Virus record (IMG/VR): IMGVR_UViG_3300009068_000001
Location: 35,806-99,805 of that record
Source of the DNA: a virus
DNA: 64,000 bases
Reading direction: 5' to 3' (one strand)
Below are positions 39,662 through 49,015 of this stretch, one piece after another. The notes beneath the pieces are model-generated. The model saw nothing but the letters and a program-made list of their open reading frames with translations. It was not told the DNA's origin and did no database searches. The translations under genes and the position numbers were made by a program. Each line of letters opens with the position of its first letter. Position 1 is the first letter of the stretch.

Positions 39662-39961
39662 TTATGAAAGATACGCGTACCCGCTGAAAGCTGATGAGAA
39701 TACAACCACCAATTGATTTGGGTTTGTATACCTTACTTCGCCTTCAACATTGGTACCTGCTGAGTCTACAACAGTTACGTTTGGATTAAAGTTCAAATTG
39801 TGGAGAATTGTCCACGAAGAGCTTGGGGTTTGTTGAGTATGGGCAAAAGCCACTGCCGGAAACTCAATATCCCGGATTACTATGTCAGCAGGTTCTACTA
39901 CCGTAGTAATGTCTGGAATCTCTATTCCGTAGGCTGGTTGAGCCTCCCAAATTGGACTCAT
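39662..39961 (-). CDS. small virion connector protein
   Basis: W.I.HNLNFNPNVTVVDSAG..FSGYAYLS; resembles the C-terminus of 38184. Confidence 0.6.
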   Translation of the reverse strand: MSPIWEAQPAYGIEIPDITTVVEPADIVIRDIEFPAVAFAHTQQTPSSSWTILHNLNFNPNVTVVDSAGTNVEGEVRYTNPNQLVVVFSSAFSGYAYLS

Positions 39962-41280
39962 AGGGTTACCTGCTTTTCTGTAAAGACTTTACCGGTCAAG
40001 TAAGTCTTAACGGTTCCAGTAGATGAGGTCATTTGAATATCATAATAGGCTGTTCTAGGTAAGTTCTTTGTTACTGAACCCGGTAGTGTCACTCTTAAGC
40101 TATCTACAATAGTGTTGTTACTGTAAGAGTACTTTGTAAAGGTAAAGGTTCCCAAAATAACAAGTCCAACTTGAGCATAGTCTTGAGAGCTGTATAGGGT
40201 GATCTGTCCCTTTGGTGTATAGGTGGTAAGGTCAAATGCAAACTGGAAGTCCATCTCAAAGTCATCACCAGCGTACATAGAGATATCTCTACTGACCACT
40301 GCCCCAGGAGGAGTAATGTCTCCATAATCTGGCATATTTAAACGAACACGTTGTGCTATAGACTTATCATCAATCTCTTGAGGACGGTATACAGGTATCA
40401 ACCTATTTGTAAGGCGGCTAATACGACGCAGGGTCATTACTTCAATTCTAAATAGACCAACACCAAGCATAGCGCAAAGTTCTTTGTACTGTTCTTTACG
40501 AATTTGAATCATCTCGTTTACTTGGCGAAAACGTTCTGAACGTGGAATAGAAACTCCATCTGGAGAAATGATATCAATATCAAAAGCACTATCGGTTGCT
40601 AGGGTATAAAGAGCCATAGTAGAAGCTAAAAGGACTAGCGGATATTCCTCAATAGGCGGGAGCAAAGCAACTTGGGTTACACGGCTACCGTTACTGTCCG
40701 TGGTGTGAGAAGCATGCTCAAGAAAAGCAACGTTAATATAATAAGAAATCTCAGAGTCTGTAAAGTAACGGTAGGCCTGACCCATAACAGTGATTGTTGA
40801 GTTGTTGATAGGTACGGCCGCCGTTTGTATAGTTATAACGCCAAGACCTTCTTCAATTGTTACGGCCGAAGAAATGTCTGTTGTAACCGATGGGACTAGG
40901 GCAGTTGCCGTAGCGCCGGTAACGGCAGTACCTGTTGCATTGTTAGTAATTCTAAAAAGTGTGGGGGTAGCAACTGTGATGGTTGCTCCGGTAATATTAA
41001 AGTTAGATGTAGAAAGGCCAGCAATTGTTACTACTTGGCCTACTGAAAATGAGTTAACCGCAGTGTATGTGACAACTCCTGAAGCCGCTGAAGCCGCTGT
41101 AACAGTGGCTGTTAAGGTTGGGGTAGTAGACTTAACGGATAAGGTATATCCCTGAACCGGAGCTTGGGAAAGTTGATAGCGAGTATCCACACCGTCACTG
41201 GTAAAGGTGTCAGTAAAGGATCTGGCGATGTCGCCAATCTCTGCTCTTAATCTATCCGAGAGCTGCTTTATAGAAGCCAC
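39958..41280 (-). CDS. head-tail adaptor/neck protein with inserted beta domain and BppU-like C-terminus
   Basis: RLRAEIGD..YFTDSEI..YPLVLLA..; C-terminal MYAGDDF..YYDIQMT..TYLTGKV. Confidence 0.6.
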   Translation of the reverse strand: MASIKQLSDRLRAEIGDIARSFTDTFTSDGVDTRYQLSQAPVQGYTLSVKSTTPTLTATVTAASAASGVVTYTAVNSFSVGQVVTIAGLSTSNFNITGATITVATPTLFRITNNATGTAVTGATATALVPSVTTDISSAVTIEEGLGVITIQTAAVPINNSTITVMGQAYRYFTDSEISYYINVAFLEHASHTTDSNGSRVTQVALLPPIEEYPLVLLASTMALYTLATDSAFDIDIISPDGVSIPRSERFRQVNEMIQIRKEQYKELCAMLGVGLFRIEVMTLRRISRLTNRLIPVYRPQEIDDKSIAQRVRLNMPDYGDITPPGAVVSRDISMYAGDDFEMDFQFAFDLTTYTPKGQITLYSSQDYAQVGLVILGTFTFTKYSYSNNTIVDSLRVTLPGSVTKNLPRTAYYDIQMTSSTGTVKTYLTGKVFTEKQVTL

Positions 41281-41338
41281 AAATCCTCCGATTGCTGTAT
41301 ACGCTAATCATCCTGCATAATCGTAAATAAATCTATAT

Positions 41339-41383
41339 AAAAAAGGCCCCGCTCCTACAGGAGGGCGGTTGTAGGAGCGGGAC
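41339..41383 (-). terminator. intrinsic terminator after the head genes
   Basis: CCCGCTCCTACA/TGTAGGAGCGGG 12-bp stem followed by a T run. Confidence 0.85.
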
Positions 41384-41401
41384 GATTAGAACTCGTACGA
41401 A

Positions 41402-41764
41402 TTACAAACGGTCGTACAAGTAACCTTTTTCTTTGAGGTGATTTGCTACAACCTGCGAAACTTTGTACTTTTTGCCCGCTTGGAAAGAGTAGTGGTTGCC
41501 TGCTCCTATTGTCATCATTTCAAGGTCTTCCGCAACACGGATGACGACTGCGTCGTCTGCAAGGCTTACGCCGAGATCTTCGACCTCATCGATTACGGTT
41601 GGTACAGATGCTGTAAGATCTACAATTTCTGTAGCGTCACGGTAATCTTTTGCCGCTGTTGCCATAGATATTTCGTTTGCACGAGCTGCTAGAGCTTCTG
41701 CACTGGCCTTGATTTGTTCTTCTCTTTGACGTCCTGTAACGTCAGTAACTTTTGCTTTTGCCAC
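41402..41764 (-). CDS. head-associated hypothetical protein
   Basis: Immediately after capsid gene; AGGAG RBS. Confidence 0.65.
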   Translation of the reverse strand: MAKAKVTDVTGRQREEQIKASAEALAARANEISMATAAKDYRDATEIVDLTASVPTVIDEVEDLGVSLADDAVVIRVAEDLEMMTIGAGNHYSFQAGKKYKVSQVVANHLKEKGYLYDRL

Positions 41765-41829
41765 GATGTGTATTCTCCTGTTAGTTAGTTGTTAGTGTGG
41801 GGGCGGGTTTTACCCCGCCCCCTATTAAA

Positions 41830-42906
41830 TTAGTTGGTTTCTGCGATAACTACAGATTGATCAGTGATTAGACCAAGACCGTAGATTGCGTACCATGCAA
41901 GAGCGTGCTCACGACCGAAGTCAAGAATACCGCCGTCACGAAGTTCCACTGGAAGTGAAATAGCGTGACCGAATGCGTTGTCTCCAATAAAGATTGCTGA
42001 ATAGCGGTCTGAACCACCATTACCTGTCTTTGTTGCTGGAGTTGTGTATCCGCCACCAGTTGGGTATGAGATAGAAGCTGGATCAACAGCTGTATCTGTG
42101 GTGTATGAAGTACCAGCACCACCAACGACCTTCTGGATCTGAGTTGTTTCGATGAATACTGTGTCATATAGACGACCGATTTCACCTAGCATGAAGTTAC
42201 CTGGAGCTGCGTACTTTGTTACTTCGATGAACTCTGGGTTGTCACGAAGCTTACGGCTCTGGTGTGGGTGCACGAATGCAACATATGTCTCACCAAGGCG
42301 AGGGATGTTCTTTGTAGCAAGTGTCTCTACTGCATCCTTGACTGTCTTTGGTGTTAGGTTGAATGCGCCGGTCATTGAAGCACGTGTTGTGCCCTTTGTA
42401 CCATCTGCGTACCATGCGTTAATAGCTGTCTGGTTTGAACGATCTTCACCGTAAATGACTGAAGATGCAGCCATAAGTGTGTCACGAGCCTGGCCATCAA
42501 GGTAGAGAGCCATGTTACGTCCAAGAAGACGTGATGCTGATGCCATAACGTCATCGAATGATGCGTTAAGTAGGAGCTCTGATACTGCGATTGCGTATCC
42601 GTGCTCAGCAACAGTGATTGAGAATTGCTGTGCTGTCAACGCGTTTGTTGACATACGTACGCCTTCAACCAATGGAGCTGCGAAGCCTAGGTTGTTGTAG
42701 CGCATGAAGTTGATCTGGAGACCAGGTGCGACGCCTAGTTCTGTCTTCTTAACAGCGAACTGTTCGAAGCGAAGGATAGGCATTGACTGGAAAAGAATTT
42801 CCTTAGACCAGATGGTCTGAATTGCTTGTGTAAGCTGGCTATTGGAGCCAGAGTACGCTGTAGGTGCTGCGGCTAAATTGCCGGTACCTGTTACGGCTGA
42901 TGCCAT
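41830..42906 (-). CDS. major capsid protein (N4-gp56-like family)
   Basis: LRFEQFA..INFMRY..EHGYA..YVAFVHPHQSRKLR..GEIGRL..DFGRE..LAWY. Confidence 0.92.
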   Translation of the reverse strand: MASAVTGTGNLAAAPTAYSGSNSQLTQAIQTIWSKEILFQSMPILRFEQFAVKKTELGVAPGLQINFMRYNNLGFAAPLVEGVRMSTNALTAQQFSITVAEHGYAIAVSELLLNASFDDVMASASRLLGRNMALYLDGQARDTLMAASSVIYGEDRSNQTAINAWYADGTKGTTRASMTGAFNLTPKTVKDAVETLATKNIPRLGETYVAFVHPHQSRKLRDNPEFIEVTKYAAPGNFMLGEIGRLYDTVFIETTQIQKVVGGAGTSYTTDTAVDPASISYPTGGGYTTPATKTGNGGSDRYSAIFIGDNAFGHAISLPVELRDGGILDFGREHALAWYAIYGLGLITDQSVVIAETN

Positions 42907-42959
42907 GTCGGTGTTACTCCTTATTCATATATGTTAGGTTGATTTTAAAAGGTAATTGC

Positions 42960-43733
42960 TTACCCGAAGAGTCCCTTGTTTTGATTGTTTGCTCCTGGGA
43001 ACAAACGATCTCTGTGCTTTGCGTATTCAGTAACCGACATTGCGGCAATTTGATCCGCGGTGAACTGTTGTTGTCCCGAGTTGTTTTCCATTGTTGGGGG
43101 CAAAGTAGTACTTGTGCCCTTCATATCACGACGAGCAGTCTGCATAGCCTGCTGCGCCGATTCCAGGATCTTAGCCGAACGTTCTCTAAGTCCAGTAATA
43201 CTATTTTCTATCTCGTCTGCACTATTTCCTGAGATTAGATCTACAAGCTCAGGCATAATATTGTCTTGCTCTTCAGCAAGGCGACGATTACGGTAAGCGG
43301 TAAGTTCTGCATACTGACGCTCACGCTCTAGAAGTGCATCTTTACGAGCACCTTCTTGACGAATTTCTTCGAGTTGAGCTGCCCATTCTTGTTCCTTCTT
43401 TTCAAGAAGTGAACGGACATCCATTTCAGATTCAGCTAACTTACGTGCTGCTTCTTCTTTCTCTTTCGCAATAGCTGCGGCTTCTGCAAGCTGCGCTTCA
43501 CGATCTTTCTTAAGTAGATTAATTTCTTCTTTGAGTGAATCAATCTGTGGGTACAGCTTTGACTTCTCTTGTTCCCGAACTCTTTTAAGATCTACTTCTG
43601 TGTATCCTGTCTTTGAATCTGTAACAGGAGCTTCTACTTCTTGCTGTGCTGCTGCTGCGGTGCCTGTAACTTCAGAAGCAAATGCTTCTTGAGCTAGTGC
43701 ACTGTCAACAACGTTTGATGTTGTTTCTGACAT
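42960..43733 (-). CDS. capsid scaffolding protein
   Basis: Acidic coiled coil between portal and capsid; ends IAAMSVTEYAKHR. Confidence 0.8.
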   Translation of the reverse strand: MSETTSNVVDSALAQEAFASEVTGTAAAAQQEVEAPVTDSKTGYTEVDLKRVREQEKSKLYPQIDSLKEEINLLKKDREAQLAEAAAIAKEKEEAARKLAESEMDVRSLLEKKEQEWAAQLEEIRQEGARKDALLERERQYAELTAYRNRRLAEEQDNIMPELVDLISGNSADEIENSITGLRERSAKILESAQQAMQTARRDMKGTSTTLPPTMENNSGQQQFTADQIAAMSVTEYAKHRDRLFPGANNQNKGLFG

Positions 43734-43840
43734 GCGTATTCCTTTAGGTTAAGAGGTCGTTGTCCGATTTAATGCCACGATGACCTGCGGGTTTGTTTGG
43801 TACATAGCCTGACAAACTTTTTACGATTTGTCAGCCTAAA

Positions 43841-45556
43841 TCACTGGTTTTGTTCAGAATTAGGTGTATCAGTTTGTGTACTCGCACTCTGTCGAGGAGT
43901 TTGACTACCGTATGCTTTTACAACAATTTCTTGTTGAAGTTCACCAATTGTTTGTTCTTCAAATGGGGTGATAATTCCTGGCTGTCCTAGTGGACCAGGG
44001 CCAGTTCCATCTCCAGGAGCTGCTCCAGGAGGAAGAGTTCCATCAGGCATCATACCAGTAAGCGATGTGATTGCTGAATTTATCTGTTGCTTGACAAGAG
44101 CAATAGCTCCGTCAGCCTTAGCGTCGGCAATAAGTTCTGCACGAATTTCTTCAAGCTTCTGATCTGGGAATTCTTCGCCAAGCTGACGAAGAGCACCTTC
44201 ACGGCTTTCCAGATTCATATTCATCTTCTGCTGGATTTCGTTGAGTACAATCAACTTATCTAGTGGAAGTGGAGGAGGCATGTGGATAACTGACTCGTAA
44301 GTAATTGGGTCTGCAAAATCAAGTTTAGTAAGTTGTCCTGGCTTGATTGGACCGTTAACAGCTGGGTTGTAAGTAAATAGTTCTGGCTCTTTAAATGCAA
44401 GAGTTAATAACACTAGCTCATTAATACGTTCTAAGCCCTCTTCGTATTGTACAAGCTTCTGGTGGTAACGATTCATCAGAGGCTGATACTGGATAGCAAG
44501 AGCAACACCTGAGGTGTTAGAGATAGGCTGTACCTGACCAAGTGCGGTCTCAGGGACACCCACCATTTCATGCATAGCTGTCTTAACGATTTTAAGGTAC
44601 TCCATAGCCCCTACGAGGCCTTGCCCACCACCATCTAGGTTAAACACCTGTGCTTCCTTAGGAAGGCCTGCCCAGACCTTCTTAGGGCCCTTTTCTAGGG
44701 CTGATGCCTTAGCTCCAGTGATAACTGTAACTGGGGCAGCGTGGTAATTAATGATGTCTGCAATATCTGTAGCAACTTCATTGTAGTTGCGGTTAAGCGT
44801 AATAACATCGTGGCAATCACTAAGACCCCAAGGGGATCCTGAAACACGGACGTTAGGAATATGAATGACTGGAACTACGCCAATTGGGTTAGGACGAGAG
44901 TCAATAAGCTCGTCGTTAATGTATTCTTCGATACGATCATCAGTCAAGATTTCGGTGTAAGTGTATACCTGGCGTGTTCCCTCAACTGAAGTTCCCCAAA
45001 AGCGGTACTTTAGTTTAAAACGAATTAGGCGAGAACGGTCATGCGGGTGGAATTCTGGAAATGCAAAAGAAGAGTTAAGGGGAAGGATACGTACACGCCC
45101 TGGGTGAGGACGGCCGGTAGAGTCTTCGTAGGCTTCTTCATAAGCAACTTTAACAAAACAGTCACCTGATACTCCGCCTTGCTGACCCATTTCCCACAAG
45201 ATGCCATGCTTGTCGTTATCTATCTCCCACACACGCTTTAGAATGTCTGGAACAATTGCCTCAGTCTGTTGTGGACTGCGGAACATAACGCCACGGCTAA
45301 AAGTAAAGTTAATAATAAAATCTGTAAAGGCACGGTAATAATTATATACCATCTGTGATTCGCCAATTTCACGGCGATAAGACCAGTGATGGCCTAGATA
45401 CATGGCCCAGTTAAGTGAGTACCGGTTTAGACGTGGACCGTGTACTTCAAACTCTTCATCAGCCAGTTCCACAAGACCTAGTGGAGAAATGGAGATGGTT
45501 AGGTCAGATGACGCCGCCCGATAACTCGGAGGTGAAAAATCCATACCACCGCTCAT
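43841..45556 (-). CDS. portal protein (SPP1 gp6-like)
   Basis: 571 aa downstream of terminase; NPIGVVPVIHIPN..WGLSD; TSGVAL. Confidence 0.88.
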   Translation of the reverse strand: MSGGMDFSPPSYRAASSDLTISISPLGLVELADEEFEVHGPRLNRYSLNWAMYLGHHWSYRREIGESQMVYNYYRAFTDFIINFTFSRGVMFRSPQQTEAIVPDILKRVWEIDNDKHGILWEMGQQGGVSGDCFVKVAYEEAYEDSTGRPHPGRVRILPLNSSFAFPEFHPHDRSRLIRFKLKYRFWGTSVEGTRQVYTYTEILTDDRIEEYINDELIDSRPNPIGVVPVIHIPNVRVSGSPWGLSDCHDVITLNRNYNEVATDIADIINYHAAPVTVITGAKASALEKGPKKVWAGLPKEAQVFNLDGGGQGLVGAMEYLKIVKTAMHEMVGVPETALGQVQPISNTSGVALAIQYQPLMNRYHQKLVQYEEGLERINELVLLTLAFKEPELFTYNPAVNGPIKPGQLTKLDFADPITYESVIHMPPPLPLDKLIVLNEIQQKMNMNLESREGALRQLGEEFPDQKLEEIRAELIADAKADGAIALVKQQINSAITSLTGMMPDGTLPPGAAPGDGTGPGPLGQPGIITPFEEQTIGELQQEIVVKAYGSQTPRQSASTQTDTPNSEQNQ

Positions 45557-45589
45557 TGATTACATCCTGACTTCATAGTTGCCCCCAAC

Positions 45590-45856
45590 TTAAACGACGA
45601 AACCTGATTGTTTCTTCTTCTTTTTTTCTAATGCTTCTTTACGTTTTTCTTTCTCAATATCTTCTTGCTTAAAGTCACGTAACTTTGGGTCTACTTCTTT
45701 AATAGAATCAACAAAGCCGCCACCTTGTCTTGCGTATTCATTACCGAACCATTTAGCAGCTGGAAAACTCAAACCATTTGGTTTGTGCGAAGGATACTTT
45801 GCTTTAGCTTGCGCTAGCAACATGTTGTACAACTTCGGATTATTCGGTTGTGCCAT
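45590..45856 (-). CDS. small basic hypothetical protein
   Basis: PKLY..AKAKY..EYARQGGGF; strong RBS. Confidence 0.65.
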   Translation of the reverse strand: MAQPNNPKLYNMLLAQAKAKYPSHKPNGLSFPAAKWFGNEYARQGGGFVDSIKEVDPKLRDFKQEDIEKEKRKEALEKKKKKQSGFVV

Positions 45857-45932
45857 GGTCTCCTCCTATATAGGTCTCCAGCTCCGGAGAAAGGGGTACA
45901 GAGCTGGAGACCAGTATAGTCTATCGTATGTT

Positions 45933-46340
45933 TTAGTCTAAGACTGAAGCTGGGTTCATACGTTCCTGGCGTGAGCCATTGCGTACAACCTCTTCGATAA
46001 CGACGGTTGAGTGATCTCCAAAGTTACCTTGAGCGAATTCGCCTAGGTATGTTGGAGCTTCGACCCATGCAGCTGATCCAACGTGAGCACGCTCACGCAT
46101 TGTCTCTTCTGCATACTTTTCCATGACGTTCATGTTGTGGTTAGGACGTCCTTCTGGAGTGTCATAACCTTGATCCAAACCAAGTTGGAAGTCATTTGGT
46201 ACATCTGTATCTGTTGCAATACCTTCTTCAAAACGAAGTGGGCCACGAAGGCCTGGTGTTGCAGGTGAAAACTTACGTTCGTAAGTTGCGCCGACTTTCT
46301 CAGGGAACTGAGGTGTTGGGGCGATATTTTCTACTGCCAT
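45933..46340 (-). CDS. hypothetical protein (start likely MAVEN)
   Basis: AGGAG RBS; between terminase and portal. Confidence 0.65.
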   Translation of the reverse strand: MAVENIAPTPQFPEKVGATYERKFSPATPGLRGPLRFEEGIATDTDVPNDFQLGLDQGYDTPEGRPNHNMNVMEKYAEETMRERAHVGSAAWVEAPTYLGEFAQGNFGDHSTVVIEEVVRNGSRQERMNPASVLD

Positions 46341-46427
46341 TTTATATTCTCCTATAGGATTGGGATTGAGGTCCTCATGCATATTCTCGCTTCTATTTAG
46401 GCATTAGTCAGCCTAAAGAGGTACTTT

Positions 46428-48005
46428 TTAGAAGAAAGGACTTGCTGAAACTTCAATTGTTGGCATAACTAGTTCTTGAGTAAGGGAACAAGCCAACGCC
46501 AACGAATCTACAAAGTCATCGTGGGCATGGACTTCATCTGGTGCAGCTACCAAAAAGTTAGGTCCTTTGTACTGAACTTCGGCATCCGTCATCTGTTGGT
46601 AGAACTTTTTCCAAATACGTAGGCGACGGGTCTTGGCATGGGAAGGCCAAGAAACCATCTGACGTTGAATTAACGCTTGAAGGTGCTTCCAACGTTTTGA
46701 TTGCTCTGTAGGGCTAGAGGTAACAGGAATTACTTCAGCCCGTGGCATTAAAATCTTTAATCTTCCAGCCACTGCATCACCAACACCATTAGCGTCGATT
46801 CCTATTGCAAGCACATCATAAGATGATAAGAACTGTTGGATCTGGAAATATTGTTCTTCCCAGTCATCCCCCTGCATTTCAAGCCAATTTAATACTCTAT
46901 GATCATAGTAACCGTACTCATCAGGACGATCCCAGTCTACCCACACAACTGTTACAACCGTTGAGTCCATTTTGCGTGCCGGGTCAATTCCTACGACTAC
47001 CGGTGACCTATGCCAGCTTTTAACAATTTCCTGTGATGTATCACCAAGGTCGTCCATGATTGAGGATGTGACGAACATTCCTCTCTCCAACAACCATTTG
47101 CAGTTGTAGGAAAGCTGGAACTCATCAGAGTCCTCACTGATGCGAAGCATTTCTTTCTTAATAAACTTTTCATAGTTAGGGTTTACTTTCGCTACATCTT
47201 TCCAATCCCATTGGAAATGATTCTGTTTTGCGTTGCGGCTAGTCTGTCTACGTCGGTTAAATTGAATGGCTTTATAAAAGTTATTCTTATGGGTTGTTGG
47301 GGTTCCTGTTTTAACCATAGTAGCGTTGTAGTACGCACCCATAGGAGAAATAGACTTAGCTACTACGAAATCGTCAGCTTCTTGGCATTCGTCAATAATA
47401 ATAAGATGGAAAGACTTAGATTCAATCTTAGCTCTTGGGTTAGCTGTCATCATCATAAGGCTACTGCCTGAGTTCTTAAGACGGATGTTCCTTACTACAC
47501 CTGGAGTTTTAGCAACCATATCGTCAATCTCAGGATCACCAAGAACATCTAAGGCTGCTTCACTTGTTAGGCGAGATACTGTACGCCCGTATAGGGTTTC
47601 TACCTGTGATTGAACAGGTGCAAACATACCGACCATGATGCCATCCCCAAACTTACCAAGAAGCTCTGGGTACATCTTAGCTAGGCGTGGAAGGATAACC
47701 ATAAGGGTAGCCACTGTGTTAGCAATAGTTTCAGACTTACCACTCTGACGAGAAGCAAGTGCGGTGATTTCTTCACCATCATTGATAATAACTGACTCTA
47801 TCAATCTACGAGCTAGAGGAGCCTGATATTGGTGAAGTTCATGACCTACCAAAACTTTCATGAAATCCATGATCTTCTCTACCAAAACTTTTACAAACTC
47901 TTTAGAAAGCTCATCTAAGCCGTCGTCTTCAACTTCTTCTGGCAGAATATTACCAAACTCGTCAAAGTCTTCCGGCTCTAGTTCATCAAACTCAACGGTA
48001 CTCAC
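46428..48005 (-). CDS. terL: terminase large subunit
   Basis: ASRQSGKS; IIIDECQE; TGTP; VGIDPAR..D; HDDFVDSLALA. Confidence 0.95.
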   Translation of the reverse strand: MSTVEFDELEPEDFDEFGNILPEEVEDDGLDELSKEFVKVLVEKIMDFMKVLVGHELHQYQAPLARRLIESVIINDGEEITALASRQSGKSETIANTVATLMVILPRLAKMYPELLGKFGDGIMVGMFAPVQSQVETLYGRTVSRLTSEAALDVLGDPEIDDMVAKTPGVVRNIRLKNSGSSLMMMTANPRAKIESKSFHLIIIDECQEADDFVVAKSISPMGAYYNATMVKTGTPTTHKNNFYKAIQFNRRRQTSRNAKQNHFQWDWKDVAKVNPNYEKFIKKEMLRISEDSDEFQLSYNCKWLLERGMFVTSSIMDDLGDTSQEIVKSWHRSPVVVGIDPARKMDSTVVTVVWVDWDRPDEYGYYDHRVLNWLEMQGDDWEEQYFQIQQFLSSYDVLAIGIDANGVGDAVAGRLKILMPRAEVIPVTSSPTEQSKRWKHLQALIQRQMVSWPSHAKTRRLRIWKKFYQQMTDAEVQYKGPNFLVAAPDEVHAHDDFVDSLALACSLTQELVMPTIEVSASPFF

Positions 48006-48253
48006 AGAGTGTGTCTTTCACTTAATGTGTCCAAGATAGCGCTTAAAGACTCAGCACCTAAACGTGCCTCTTCTAAATTGTCTTTGTACTGTGTTTTCTG
48101 CCAAGCAGATAAGTTGCGGCCAACAGAGTACATAATTTGATCCGTCCAATTAAGAAGCTCTGGCGTAGGAAGAGATTTCACCCTACGTTGAATTTTATTT
48201 AATTCTTTTACTGTTTTACTTTTTCTTTTAAAGATCTTCATAAGGCGCCCCAA
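48002..48253 (-). CDS. hypothetical helical protein
   Basis: Overlaps the terL start. Confidence 0.55.
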   Translation of the reverse strand: MGRLMKIFKRKSKTVKELNKIQRRVKSLPTPELLNWTDQIMYSVGRNLSAWQKTQYKDNLEEARLGAESLSAILDTLSERHTL

Positions 48254-48521
48254 ATCTAATTACATCCCAATCAACTTCGTCTTGTTTCATGCTACGACCG
48301 TTGACAGCTATAGTTAATGCTTGACTTTCAGTATAACTTTTAATCCACATACCTACAACAAGTGACCTTCTTGTAAAAGGTAATCTTATACACCAACCTT
48401 TACCAAAACGATATGGCTCGTCAATCTCTTGCGTTTCTGCTCGTTCTATCACTACTGGAGGTTTTACTGGGTAGGTCATTGGGTGCCAATAAAACTTCCC
48501 AACGTCATGAGTCTTCGCCAT
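48228..48521 (-). CDS. hypothetical protein
   Basis: MAKTHDVGKFYW..; packed in operon. Confidence 0.55.
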   Translation of the reverse strand: MAKTHDVGKFYWHPMTYPVKPPVVIERAETQEIDEPYRFGKGWCIRLPFTRRSLVVGMWIKSYTESQALTIAVNGRSMKQDEVDWDVIRFGAPYEDL

Positions 48522-48786
48522 TAATTTCGCCCGTTTCCTCGCACCAGTGATCTGGTACTTCATGCTCTAATACTATCACGGCACACTCTTTACAACGAAA
48601 AAGCTTAGGTGATTTAAAATCAGTTTGCGCTGTAGCGCCACGCTCATGTTCTTCATCAAATGGAACATAATCTGTAATTATTTCTGGATCTATAAATAAC
48701 TCTGCTGGAAATGGTCCACGTGGTGCATGAGAGCTAGATGGTACTGCATGACCTTGTTTTGTAATAATTCTTTGTACGATTCGCAT
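48505..48786 (-). CDS. hypothetical protein with C-terminal zinc finger
   Basis: CKEC..HWC. Confidence 0.6.
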   Translation of the reverse strand: MRIVQRIITKQGHAVPSSSHAPRGPFPAELFIDPEIITDYVPFDEEHERGATAQTDFKSPKLFRCKECAVIVLEHEVPDHWCEETGEINGEDS

Positions 48787-48843
48787 TTTTACCCCTTTTT
48801 TAGCATTCTGTGATCTATCTTACACTATATTTCCGTTTGGCGG

Positions 48844-48873
48844 TTGCACCAACCCTGTATTTACTGCTAGGAT
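48844..48873 (+). promoter_or_regulatory. sigma-70-type promoter for the transglycosylase
   Basis: TTGCAC-18 nt-TAGGAT with extended TGn. Confidence 0.55.
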
Positions 48874-49015
48874 AGATATAGGGACAGGAAACTGCCCCAA
48901 CACTAACAACGAAACAAAAGGGTTGCAACTAGCTTGGCAGACAGACGCTGAGCTATTTTTTATCTAGTGACAGTAGATAAGAGATTCGGGTTGGCCTTCT
49001 AGCCTAGGAGATAGT

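Noticed and set aside
29678-41155. Plus-strand Val/Ala/Pro-rich ORFs (e.g. 29678, 30083, 36485, 38251, 40790)
   Set aside because: Antisense shadows of Thr/Ala/Gly-rich fibre genes with biased codons; no RBS or operon context
2722-48005. Inteins or introns in DnaB, terminase, capsid or portal
   Set aside because: Lengths are ordinary, motifs are contiguous and no intein boundary motifs were seen
48880-49015. c-di-AMP (ydaO) riboswitch before the transglycosylase
   Set aside because: The conserved GCUGAAUCC, GGGGUGAAU and CCGNCAGCUAAC segments are absent
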